Source: Paragordius varius (lineage: Eukaryota; Animalia; Nematomorpha). Taken from it: a stretch of 64,000 bases of DNA. The notes under the pieces were generated by a model. The model ran no database searches, was not told the origin of the DNA, and was given only the letters and a program-made list of their open reading frames with translations. The stretch's first letter is position 1, and every line of letters begins with the position of its first letter. The stretch covers positions 12,710,001 to 12,774,000 of the forward strand of contig OZ176053.1 in the NCBI GenBank assembly GCA_964247055.1, read 5' to 3'. The translations under genes were made by a program, and so were the position numbers. Positions 38,867-51,267 of the stretch are shown here, piece by piece.

Positions 38867-40006
38867 CACTTGGATACAACACATTCATTTTAGTGCTTCG
38901 ATTCAAATTGGGGTAGTTAAATACCCCAGGCCTCTTTAAAATTATATTCATTAAAAAATATGAAGGGAATGGAAATGGCAAAATTTTGCACTTATATAAC
39001 ATTAATAAACCGAAATATATAAAAAATTTTATTTAAAAATACTTGATATTGCTTATCTTAACACTTCGATTCAAATTGGGGTATCTAAATACCCCAGACT
39101 AAATTTAAATTAAAATTTTAAAAAAAACTACTGAAGGAAACGGTCCGAATTAAAATTTATGCTTCTATCCTGATTAATATTATATAAATATGCCAAAATA
39201 TCTTGATAAAATTTTGTTTTGAAAAAAAAGTTCCATCTCAAACTACTTCGACGCCATTTTTATTTTACAAAATTTTTGTAAAATATCGTCTTTATTTAAT
39301 TTTAAGGGTAAAACTAAAGCTAATTTTTTATATAAATTATATCTAACATTGATAGAAATAGAAAAAGCGGTTTATTTTGTATTATTTTTCAATTTTAAAA
39401 TTTGACACATGTCACGTTGACGAAATTTTTACCTTTCGGTTTTAGCTCAAAATAAGTAATATCAAGTATTTTTGAATAAATATTTTTATATATTTCGGTT
39501 TAGTAATGTTATATAAGTGCAAAATTTTGCCATGGTTTTGATTCCTTTTATACTTTTTTAATTTGATTTTAAACGGGCCTGGGGTATCCAACCCCAATTT
39601 GAATCGAAGGACTAAAATGAGTGTGTTGTATCCAAGTGTTAAGCTAAAACCGAAAGGTAAAAATTTAGTCACCTTGACATGTGTGCAATGGTAAAATTGA
39701 CAAAATAATCCGCTTTCTATTTCTATTAATGTTAGAGATAATTTATAAAAACTAGCTTTAATACCCTTAAAATTAGGGGAAAATGATATTTTGCAAAAAT
39801 TTTGTAAAATAAAAATGGAGTCCAAGTATTTTGACATGTAACCTTTTTTTTCAAAGTAAATTTTTTTTAAGACATTATGGCATAATTATATAATTTTTAT
39901 TAAGATAAAAACATTAATTTGAATTAAGACCGTTTTCAGTTGTTTTTTAAAATCCTAACTCAAATTTAGTCTGGGGCATTTAGATACCCCAATTTGAATC
40001 GAAGTG
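38867..40006 (+). mobile_element. piggyBac-like TTAA MITE, copy E3 (outer copy, split by E4)
   Basis: 38867-39057 plus 39643-40006 reconstitute one copy collinear with 48277-48831; ends ..GAATCGAAGTG|TTAA. Confidence 0.85.
39062..39638 (-). mobile_element. piggyBac-like TTAA MITE, copy E4 (nested, inverted, 577 bp)
   Basis: Flanked by duplicated TTAA (39058-39061 and 39639-39642). Termini CACTTCGATTC / GTATCCAAGTG, with an asymmetric ~30-bp subterminal inverted repeat. Confidence 0.9.
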
Positions 40007-40788
40007 TTAAAATAAAATTACATATATAAAGCAAAACAATATTTTCAAAATATTTTATTTTATATGTGAACTCTGAAAGTTTTAAGTTTATTATACTATT
40101 AAAATGGGCTAATTCACTGAAAAACATGCCAGAATTGCGAAAATTTCAATCTAAAATATTTTATAAAAAATGCATAATTTTTTCAAAAGTTTATTGGAGC
40201 GTACTAATACTATTTTCAGTCATGAGTGGTTAAATGCTTTAAGATAAAAAAACTATTTTTTTATATATTTTGATGATGCTGAAGATTTCTATCACTAAAT
40301 ATTAATCTAAAGGTTCTTGGCTTAAAAATTAATTTTGTAGAAAAACACAATATTAAATTAACTTAAATTTGAGTGAATATATTAATCATAATTCTAATGT
40401 GATACAAATGTTTAATCGAATTATAGAAAAAGTGGTTGCTCAATATTTTTAAGTGTTCTTTAACTGTTTCCATCATTTAAATGGAATGAAGTGAGCTTCA
40501 AAAAAATTTTGGTAAAAAAATATTTTTTGGAAAAAGTATGCATTTTTTAAAAAATATTTTTAGTTGTTATCAAAATTTAGCATATATTAAATTCATAGCT
40601 CCATCTCGAAATTTTTGCCTTTATTTTAAGATCAGCCTATTTTAGAAATGAAAAAATGGACTTTTGGAGCTTACATCTAATTAATTTTTTTGAAAATATT
40701 GTTTTCCTTTTATGTATTTGGTATATTTTAGAATAGGTAGGTAGGTAAATCCTTAGATCGATTTAGATCCCATGAAAATAAAAAAACT

Positions 40789-41270
40789 AGTTCTCTCCAC
40801 TTGTCTCTGTCCCTGCAATTTCCTTTAATTCGCTTATATATCTATCAAGTTCCTATTTACAGTTTCCAACCATCTTAAAATCGGTTTTTCGTCTTTATTT
40901 CTTCCTTTTCAAAAATCAAATCTTTCTTGAGGGGTGATCTTAAAAGGTGTCTGTACATAAACTTTCTTTTTATTTTAGCTCCCATTAAGATACTCTCAAT
41001 AAATTTTTTTCGTATTTTTATTCCTCTTGTCAAAACACGTTATATTCAACATTCTCCTCCAATAACACATTCTAAATGATGCAAACCTTTTTTATCGTTC
41101 GGTTTTAATGTCCTTACTGCAGCATACGTCGCTACCGCAAACCTGCATTTTATTACTCTCACTTTGTTTTCATAGTGGTATCTTCACTTTTTAATAATTT
41201 ACATTTTCGCAGATGATCTAATGCGAGGCGACATTCAATATCTGGCGTGGGGAATTCTTTAATATCAATA
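40789..41270 (-). mobile_element. RTE-clade LINE 3' remnant (heavily decayed)
   Basis: Broken frames contain DIECRLA, FAVATY, WRRMLNIT, MYRHLLR..LKKDLI and RDRDKWREL, in the order of the RTE post-RT C-terminal region. Confidence 0.55.
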
Positions 41271-43984
41271 AGAGAGACTAAGTATTATATAATTTAATAC
41301 CGATACTGAGGCGTCGTCTATGGTTTTAGGTTGGTTTTTTGATAAACTCATTTTTTTAGGATTGAGGTTTAATTAATATATTTTACTATGGTATTACTAG
41401 CTTTCACCAAAAAAAATATTAAAAAACCGCAAATTTTTCCATTTTTTCATATGGAGCACTTACCACCAAAGTGTAAACAACTTTTTATATGGGCCACACC
41501 CGAAGGCACCATGATAATACTCATACATTTTCATATAAATATATTTCATCACTATTTTTATACCACTCCTGATTTAGGATGCAATGTAATAAAACTCTTT
41601 TAGTGGTTTTGCAAATATGGCGAAAATAATTTTTTTAATTTCTCTTCATGTTATCACTTATTGTGATCGCCATATATGTAAATATATGGTTAACACTTCA
41701 TGATCTTTTCAATTTTGTCCCTGTTGGCATATTGAGGTAGTTTTTATAAAACTAAATCTTATTAAACTACTTGAAAGCTTACTAAAGTTATTACTTACAT
41801 TTTGTTATATTATACATTAGTTGCGGCAAAAAAGTTTGAAAGGATTTTTTATAATTTTACATAATTTCTTTTTGTATTATACGCCTAAAAGGCTAAAAAC
41901 ATATTCGGCCTAAAATCCTAATTACTTTCTAGGATATATGAATTTAAAATCGCTCTAGGATATAAACTACACCATAATGTTATGAAAAGCATGTTTTCGA
42001 AAAATGCGAAGCCCTATATATTTCAAAAATATTTTCAGGACAAAGTAGATGCCTTATAGTTTTGATAGTAGATTTTTCAGGCGCTCACGTAACTCCACTT
42101 TTTAAAGCAGCCCTTAGTTTTGTCCCATCTCCGGATTTCAAAAAATATTTCGTAGAAATTTTCTGGAAGCAAGCCCATTCGAATTCGAAATATTTTTTTT
42201 TATTATTTACACACATTGTGATTTAGCCATTTTTATGAATCCCCTCAGTTGCCCTCCGCCAGTGTAAAATTGGATTTCAAAAAATGGTTTTGAAGCGATT
42301 TTTTGAACGTGGATGACTATTCAGTTTCAAATTTTGTTTAAGTCTATTATGGTGTATTTAAAAGTATAAAATCCCTTTTTCAATGGTAAATACTGTCACC
42401 TCATATTTTGATGAAATTAATTATCTTAAAATTTAGATTAAATATAAATTACGTTTTTCAGAAAATATCTAGTGATTATTTAGTCGGCCGCTTCTTAAGA
42501 CGCCAGGTACGGCTCAACACTTTGTTATGAGCCACCATAATGGATGATTTTAACCTTGTTTTCGATAATCCTATAAGGCCGGGTTGTTAAGAAACTGGTC
42601 GTGTAGCGACTCTTAGCTTTCTCATAAATAAGCGTTTTCCATTCTGGACATCTTGAGACTTACGAATTATTTAAGAGAGGGTAAGGTTTGCAACTGATTT
42701 TATATTTTTGCTCTCTATAATGGCAAAAAAATAGTCATAGGCTGTTTTATATTAACGACTGGGCAGGCCCACCTCTGTAAAATACGTCACCATAAAAAGC
42801 GAGTTTTGAAGCAACTTTACAGTGTATAGTTTTCTACCCAGATCGATATATAATAATTTTAAAAACGTGAAATTGGCAAATGGAAGCGCATTTATTATTG
42901 TACTAATACAAGCCGAAGAATAATTTGCTAAAACCTGGATATAAAATAGAGTAGCTAAAAATAATTAAGTTTTTTATTCTTTTACAAAAAAACTGTGATA
43001 GGTTTAAATTTGATTAATGTTTTACAATATATTTTCATTTAAGTTTTCTATACACAGAAAACTTTTATACAAAACAAAAAGACCAAAAGGTAACCATATT
43101 TTAAAAAACTATGATTTTTCCTACAAGAAATATATGATTTGAATTTTGTATTACATAATTGTGGTTACCAAATAACTCCTTATTTTCTTACCCAATACAA
43201 TGAGTTACATTTAAATAAATCAAGATTTGAAAAATGTCTTGAGAAATGTTTTTACGTTTTGCTTGAAAAACCTGAGTTTTTACTGTTAATAACCAACTTG
43301 GAATCTATGTGGCAAAAACAAGCCTAACATTTAGCTTAACTATTTTTTGGTTAATTTTATAACCCATACATGACAAATAAAATTATAATATATCATTATA
43401 AAATTTTTAATTGCAGTTTTAATTGTATACTACAGAATAATTACTTTCGATTCGGTTAATTTTTATTTTGTTCAACTCACCGCGACGCTGAGCATAAACT
43501 AGTATTATTTATACTTTAACGTGATAGCTTAGGGTTTCAAAAAAAATCCAAAAATTAATTGATTAATAGAGCCTTAATAATATTTTTACAGTAAAAATCG
43601 TAATATAGAAAAAGTAAACTTAAAATGAATACCATATCATTTATAACTATTTAGGCTTAAATTATTAAATTTTCTTAATTTGATTTCGCAACTTAAGCTC
43701 TAATTTAAATTTAATTGTTGATATAAAGAGATATTCTTTTTTTGTCCTTTATAGTCACTCAAAAAGTACAAACCTATGTCAAATGACCCAATAAAATAGT
43801 CATTAATATGTCATTTATATTTGAAAAATAATAAAGTGAAGAAAACGAAGGTCTATTATTATACTAAATTAAATATAAAAAATGAGGCATTACAATTTAT
43901 AAATAGACCCTTTGTCAATAATTTATCAAAATAAATAATTTATTAATATTTAATCCTTTATACATATATAAATATATAATAGAA

Positions 43985-44009
43985 AATATATATATATATA
44001 TATATATAT
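43985..44009. repeat. (AT)n microsatellite just 3' of the SLC17 gene
   Basis: About 12 AT units. Confidence 0.9.
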
Positions 44010-44155
44010 GGACATAATGTAATCATCTAAAATTTGTTGATTTCAAACAGTCAAATATTTACACCATGTTGTACTTTTATATATGTGTGATGACCCTTTA
44101 TTGTGATAGATTGTCTTTCTTTAAGAAGGCGGAAGGGTGGAATCGAATGTTAGAA

Positions 44156-47100
44156 TCACAAGATAAGTTGTGTGGTACTACTGTGACTGCAATAAAAAAG
44201 CGCTCCGAGAATGTTAACTAAACCCGCAATCCAAAAAACTGCTGACCAGCGGCCTTGGGTTTTATGGACCAAATCGGCAGTCAAAGGACCACATATAACA
44301 CCAGGTAAGGCACCTATCGTATTCGCTATCGCAAAGGTCGTACCTAAACAAATAAAATGCATTGTATAGCCATAAATTATATAACATATTTCACTATGAG
44401 TAATTCCATTAAGAAAAATGACTATAGATAATAAAAAACGAACCATTTCGGATGTATAATCATATAATTAAACACAAATGCCAAAATAAACACAAAAGCA
44501 AACTTATGAATGTTCGCTAATGCCATTCTCAGCAAATCAAAGATGCCTTATGCAAGCAGTTTATGTAATTTTTAAATTTAATAACATCTACATCTTATTA
44601 ATAGTAATTTTTAATAGTCACAATCAATCAGACCTCTAATAAAAACGAAAAATATTTATCTATCGGTATTTAATAATTTTGTAAATTTTTCAAATAAACA
44701 TAAAGTTTCTAGGACTTAAAACAATAGATAAAATCTAATAATCAGTTTAAAAATAACTATACATTTTTTATTTTTTTAATATTTTGGAATTCATTAAAAG
44801 CCAATCGTTTTAAATTCGAAAAAACCAATTATTAATTTTAAAACAACATTGAAACTCAAACTCATTAACCCACAGAATCCACTTAATTTTTGACCGATTG
44901 TCAATAAATATTGTATGATATGAAAAAATGTTGTAAAACAGAAAAAAAATTTATAATTTCAACCATTTGTTGGTTTTTACTCATAAACTCCTATTTTACA
45001 AAAAGTTTTGCAAAAAATAGTCATTATTTGGAATAAACCAATTCTCAATTAATGCAATATAAATATAAATGAACCATAAAACTTTAATGACAGGGGGCAA
45101 AGGGTAAAAGAAAGAGTTTTAAAAGCGTTTTACCAGCATGCCTTGGAACAATGTCTGAATGATTGCTGAGATGTCCGCAACTGTTGCAAGCGATCGCTGC
45201 CATGGCCAGACTGATGAAAGCGATAGCAACCAGGACATTGTGTGTGGCGGAGATGGCCACAAACAGGAGTGCTGGAATGCACAAACCAATGCAAGTCATC
45301 AATCGCCGCACGTAGAGAAGCGAACGGCCTTGTCGCACCAACAGCAGTTCGGCCCAATGAGCCACGCCAACACCCGCAACCGAGTTAACGGCATAAGGGA
45401 TGGCTGTCAGGCTGAGATGGTCAGCTCGAGCGCCCAGTCGGGTTGAAAGATACGTCGGTAACCAGTGTGCCACAATGTAATTGGACCAATTCATGGCAAA
45501 ATGTGCTGCGTAAATGGCATAAAGTGGTCCGCTCATAAAGTAGGGCAACCACGCTTGAAGGCAAGGCTCTATCCGAGCGGACCAAACCTTAGATTCGCGC
45601 AATCCAAACGGCAATACAAGGCGTCGAAAGCACATCAACAAATTCGAAGGTTCAGACGCCATCGTAGATGAAGATAAAGTTGCTGGTTTGAGGGAGGTGC
45701 TATCATCAACCTTAAAAACATAAAAGTAAGATCATCTCATTAACCACCATTATATACATAAAACAAAATTATTCTTGTGAATAAATTAATATAATATACA
45801 TTTCCCATTTATTACCAAATAATGTATTTTGTGGTATTTAAAGTTTTTTGTGCAAAAAATAACCAATGAGTTTTGAAATAAGACAAACATTGATAATTTT
45901 ATATTAAATATTGCCAGGTTCCATAAACAGCAAAGAATATTATTATTCGAAAAAAGCTTATAGTTTATTAATACAAAATGATAACAATTAAATGTTAAAC
46001 AGGAAAGGATGTTTTCAGCATATTTCTGCATTTTGACATTTCATAACCTTTTTAAGGGAATGGACTAACTAGCATTTAGAAATTAATGTTAAATAGATTT
46101 TGGGCCTTTAAAACGCTTTAGACTCAAATATATTTTTTAGATACCTTAGACTTACAAACTGAATTTTAGTTAGCGGTTAGTCGCAAATGACATTGGAAAC
46201 ATAATTAAAATTTTAAGTGTTGAAGTTGCAAATTGCAAAAAAGTTGCGCTTATAATAAAATTTTTTTAGCCGAAAGTACCTAGAAGTATTTTTGAGTGAC
46301 AACTTAAAATCCTGGAATGTAAAGTGTTATAATTAAATTATAAATTTGTATAATCTTAGACCATAAAAAATCAATAGCTTAACTTGATTTTAGCAGAGAA
46401 GTAATGTTACTAAACCATATTAGGACCAAAATTTAAAGATAGCTAATTGTGTACCTCAAAATCTCTTTGGTTTGGGAAGACATTAGATTTGTTGGGTAGA
46501 AGGGAAAGTGTTCCTTTTTCTTCCACATTTATCCCATGACTTGCAAGCAAAAGTTGTTGGCTTTGTTGGTCATCGAATCCACTACCATTATTATACAGAC
46601 TTAGTGTTCGCCGTTCTTTGTAATACACAAGCCAAAGAATGGTCCATATAAATCCGGACACACCTAAAGCTCTAAAGGAGAAGGTCCAAGGAACATGTGG
46701 AATAATGAGCATGGCCGCACATTGACCAATGGATCCGAAGGCTAGCAAGTAGCCAAAAGCTCGACTTCGTTCTGCGGGAAGCAAAGTTTCAGAATAAACG
46801 TGGAATATTGCAGGGAGGCCAAATCCCTCACCCAAACCCATCAATATTCTTATTGTTATCAAAAATGGAATATTATGAGCTACCCAAGGTGTCATGAATG
46901 TTGAAAGAGACCATAAAAAAACTGCAATAGCCAAAACAAACTTGGCTCCATATTTTGGGGCTGCTCCAGCTCCCATAAGTTGTGAAGTAAAGAATCCAAC
47001 TGAAAATGCACTTAGAATCCATCCTTTTTGGTGAATATTCCAACCATATTCTAGGGACATACTTACTATAGTAATGGGCATGATGACTCTATCAGCAGAA

Positions 47101-47177
47101 TTTATAAGATTTGCTAAGGAACAAAAGGAAATAATTGTTGCATAACTTGAGGGTGATGAAGATAGACTGAAAAACAT
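44156..47177 (-). CDS. SLC17-family (MFS anion:cation symporter; SLC17A9/plant PHT4-like) transporter, 3 exons, ~495 aa
   Basis: Exons 46455-47177, 45134-45710, 44156-44343 (1488 nt, phases match). ACS motifs: ADRVIMPITIVSMSLEYGW..KGWILSAFSVGFFTSQ; RILMGLGEGFGLPA; ERSRAFG..GS; NWSNYIVAHWLPTYL; NHSDIVPRHAGTTFAIANTIG..PG. The start codon is not proven. Confidence 0.9.
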
Positions 47178-48276
47178 AATACTATCAAATTGAGCAGAAC
47201 AGGCTGTATGCCATACTAAAAAAAGTAATTAATTATTGGATTAATTTAGCGTGGTAAAATTTAAATTTTACAAGTACATTTTATATTAATATTTTTAGAT
47301 ATTTGTTATTATCAGAAAAATACCACTCATAATAAAGCACACATAGGTGATGATTAATTTAAATCTGTAGCAAGATTGTCCACAAACATTCACGGTTTTT
47401 ACAAAAGATATGGCTTGCCATTTGTTCTACAAAGTAAATTATATCTTCGTATTGTTTAAGAATATTATTTATCAATTAACCAATTTTATTCGCACTTGAA
47501 ATTGATAAATGTGTTATTGATTCCAGATAATTAAACATTCTGTGACAAGGCCAAATTAAATTAATATATTCATTTTTTATACCATTTTCATGATATGGCT
47601 TAGAATTTTGGTGTTTTAGTTTTAAATATGAGTAGCATTTTATGTTCTTTTGTGATAACATAATCTAAGTCTAAAATATTTAGAGGAGTTTAAAGCTTTT
47701 TTAATTAAATTGATAGGTTGATATAGTTGACATAAATATAAGCGATAAAAAAACCTAGAATAACCATATATTAAAAATGGATTAAAAATATTAGTGCACC
47801 AAACATTACCATAGCTGTTTGACACATTTGTGACTATACTCCAAATAAGTAGATCATGTTAAAATATATATAAAAAAGCACTTTTAGCGCGCCCTGTTGG
47901 CCTCAAGGGGTACTATGGATTAAGACTCTTTTAATAGATAAATTTTGATTAATTTGCGCTTATAAAACTATCTACAATATCAAAGTTGGGTAGCTTATTA
48001 ATTATCATAGGAGATTTTCATGGTGCTTTGGTTTTGACCCTTACCAGTCATTTAAAATTATTATACCTTATTGCTATTGTCTATATCGGAAAAGGCAAAA
48101 TTAACGTCATTACACTGTGGTTAAGATAAACATCCCGATGAACTAAAAGCTATGTTTTAAACGAAATTGATTTATTTGAAATCACACACATTTTAAGACC
48201 GAAATATATGGTATAAATGTTTAGCATTATTGAATTATTACGAAATATATTGTTTCCGCCATTCTACATTTATTAA

Positions 48277-48831
48277 CACTTAAATACAACACATTGATTT
48301 TAGTACTTCGATTCAAATTGGGGTAGTTAAATACCCCAGTCCTGTTTAAAATTAAATCCTTTAAAAATTATGGAAGGAATCGAAACCATGGCAAAATTTT
48401 GCAGTTGTATAACATTAATAAACCGTAATATATAAAAACTTTATTCAAAAATACTTGATATTACTTATTTTAAGCCAAAACCGAAAGGTAAAAAGTTAGT
48501 CAACGTGACAAGTGTGCAATGGTAAAATTGAAAAATAATACAAAATAAACCGCTTTTTCTATTTCTATCAATGTTAGATTTAATTTTATCCCTAAAATTA
48601 AATGAAGACGATATTTTGCAAAAATTTTGTAAAATAAAAATGGCGTCGAAGTGGTTTGACATAAAACTTTTCTTTCAAAACAAAATTTTATTTAGATATT
48701 TTGGCATATTTATATGATTTTTATTAGGATAGAAGCATAAATTTAAATTGCAACCGTTTCCTTCAGTAGCTTTTTGAAAATCATAATTCAAATTTAGTCT
48801 GGAATATCTAGATACCCCAATTTGAATCGAA
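48277..48831 (+). mobile_element. piggyBac-like TTAA MITE, copy E5 (uninterrupted reference copy)
   Basis: TTAA|CACTT.. at the left end; retains the single internal TTAA (..TTATTTTAAGCCAAAACCG..) that was the target in E3. The last few bp of the right end are missing. Confidence 0.85.
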
Positions 48832-49237
48832 CTCGCATTACCGAAAATTTGTTATATTTTGAGCAATTTTCGGTTTTTTTTTGATAATATAATCACGCAT
48901 TATCGGCATTAAGTTAGTTAAAAAAGTTGCCCATTTTAGATAGGTCCAAAAATACAACTTCCGAAACCCAAATCTAAAATTTGAAGACTTTATAAATATG
49001 GCTTTGTTTTTATTACAGTTCATTATTTTAGTGATTTTATTTAAAATCAAGCATTTAGTTTTTGTTAAAAAATTTTATTAAACAAAATATGAAATATTAT
49101 GGTGGATTTTACGTATTTGTTTTTTATATTTGATTCTCTTATATGTCGTTAAACTCCAAAATTTAATCAGAGTCGGAAAGCTAATCATGTCTATTTAAAG
49201 TTGTTTACTAAAACGAGAAGTACCCCTATAATATATT

Positions 49238-49490
49238 TACCATTTACAGTTCAAATTCACTCTTTAACAATTCAATTTACCCTAAAAATAAATTGTGTTT
49301 TCGAACTTTTATAACTCGTTATGAATTATATCTTTATGGCATAGTTTTTTCAGTATTATTTTAAATTAAAACAAAATATTATTTTATAAAAATATATAAA
49401 AATACAGGTAATTTCTAATCCTAAAAAACACATAATTTATTTGAGGATGAATTTAAATTGTTTAAGGGTGAATTTGAATTGTAAATGGTA
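49238..49490. mobile_element. TA-flanked MITE, copy M2 (inverted relative to M1)
   Basis: Same TIR (TACCATTTACAGTTCAAATTCAC) at both ends; the interior is the reverse complement of M1; lacks the expanded 21-bp array. Confidence 0.85.
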
Positions 49491-50164
49491 TATAATACTG
49501 CTTTAAATTTCAAAACCCTATTCTACGTTTTGTGAGAAAGGGTTGGGATTTTACAAACTGGAAAAAAGGTATCGAACGCAAAATACAAAAAACCAAATGC
49601 TTATATCACCTGAATAACAATTTTTTTGCTATAATTTTACAATTATTATATTAAAATATACGTGAAAAGTTTTATATGTATTCTATTTACAGTTTATTTT
49701 GCAAAGCTATTCTGACATTAAAATTTTATTAATTGGATTTTTCTTTTGTTTTTTATATTTTTGTTTCCTACTTACTATCCGATTTTTATAATAAAGTTAT
49801 TTTTTGCAATACGCCGTGTGTATTGTCAATAACTGATAATTTAAAGTGGTGCATCTAGGGTAAATTTTTATTTTAAATTAAAATTGAAGCCGTTATTTAA
49901 TTTAATAAAAATATATCTAAAGATACAAAATTTATTTATAGCGTCAACATTATCATAAAAATATAATAAAAATTAGGCGTTTTACCATTTTAAAGGGTTA
50001 TAGCCAAATTACTGATAATCAGCTATTTGCCGGACTTTTTTTGATTTCACGGATTCTGTAAGGTCTGTTTTTCTAAAATGTTATACAACGTTCAATGTAC
50101 CCGAAAATATTACATTTTATAATATAATTAATACTAGAATCATCCACTTTTTGCTAAATTCTGC

Positions 50165-51139
50165 ATGGTTTGCTTAACAACTTCAACATTCGCTTTCATA
50201 TGGATTATGATGAATTTCCCACTTAATATGCTCAATAATGATAATATATTCATAATATATGAAATTGTTCAGAGGCTCTTTTATCTACCTTTGCAGGAAT
50301 ATCTAAAAGTATCATACACATGGTGGATTGGCTGCTTTCTCTTGTTTTTTGGTTATGTTTGCCGAACCTTGTCAAAAAATAAATTTCCAAAAATCATTTT
50401 TAAAAATATTATGGTGAATTATTTATACTCCAAATTTGTTTTATCCTTTATATTTATTATTGCAATATTATATTATATCAACAATGGTAACGATACAGGC
50501 ATTCAAAATATTATACCATTTTTGAAACCTCACTTTAATCCCTCACAAAGTATGATGGTATATGGAAGTTCTGAAATTTTGGATGCCTTTGCCATGTATC
50601 AAAAAATGTTCGAAGGGGAACATTCTACAATAAAAATCAACAATTTTAATGATTTTTACGAATTTTACAAACAAAATACCACAAGACAAAATAAACCTAC
50701 TTTTCTAGGTCCTTTTTATCGAAATTTTTTCAGGATAAATTTACTTATAAAATTTGCAATTAGTCTTTTATCCGTGATTGTTTTCCTGAAAATTTTAAAG
50801 GTTAATATTAAATCTGCTAATAAATATTCTAACAGTAAGGATGTGCTAGTAGAAAATCACCAAAATAAACCTTTACATTTTGGGCGGCGGAATAAATTAA
50901 AAATAAATAAAATCAAACCCAGTTCATATACTTTTGAGCGAAATTACGATCCTGCCGTCTCGGCCTTGCAATTGACGTCTTTGCAAATCGGTCCTACTGC
51001 TTTTAAATTGTTTTCTTTTAGCCAACACAGGGAATACAACTGTCCTAATTATCGCAATAAATTCCGTCCAAATATATTTATAAAGTCACCAAAGCCTACG
51101 CACTCATCATTTAATTATTCCAAGGCAATTTTCACTTAA
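50165..51139 (+). CDS. Uncharacterised multi-pass membrane protein, 324-aa ORF (possibly the last exon of a longer gene)
   Basis: 975 nt stop-free in AT-rich DNA, with 4-5 hydrophobic stretches and a basic C-terminal tail. An in-frame acceptor (atactag|AAT at 50138) could add NHPLFAKFC and upstream exons. No family recognised with confidence. Confidence 0.65.
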   Translation: MVCLTTSTFAFIWIMMNFPLNMLNNDNIFIIYEIVQRLFYLPLQEYLKVSYTWWIGCFLLFFGYVCRTLSKNKFPKIIFKNIMVNYLYSKFVLSFIFIIAILYYINNGNDTGIQNIIPFLKPHFNPSQSMMVYGSSEILDAFAMYQKMFEGEHSTIKINNFNDFYEFYKQNTTRQNKPTFLGPFYRNFFRINLLIKFAISLLSVIVFLKILKVNIKSANKYSNSKDVLVENHQNKPLHFGRRNKLKINKIKPSSYTFERNYDPAVSALQLTSLQIGPTAFKLFSFSQHREYNCPNYRNKFRPNIFIKSPKPTHSSFNYSKAIFT

Positions 51140-51267
51140 ATTCATTGAATGACATGTACAAAATTTGGTTTTTAATAAAATGTACTATATATATATTTTC
51201 TATTATGCTATCCTATTGCTTGAGTAAGGTTCAGATGAATTAAAATTTTTTTATGTTTGGATTTTCC

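Noticed and set aside
42480-42830. GC-elevated segment with a ~42-codon open frame (RCPEWKTLIYEK..)
   Set aside because: No splice support or recognisable family; probably a TE relic.
2092-45671. Plus-strand or alternate-frame ORFs overlapping real exons (e.g. 2092-2505, 3438-3716, 5556-5765, 6345-6593, 20361-20561, 23507-23887, 34389-34607, 45159-45446, 45465-45671)
   Set aside because: Antisense or off-frame shadows of GC-richer exons; no recognisable motifs or splice structure.
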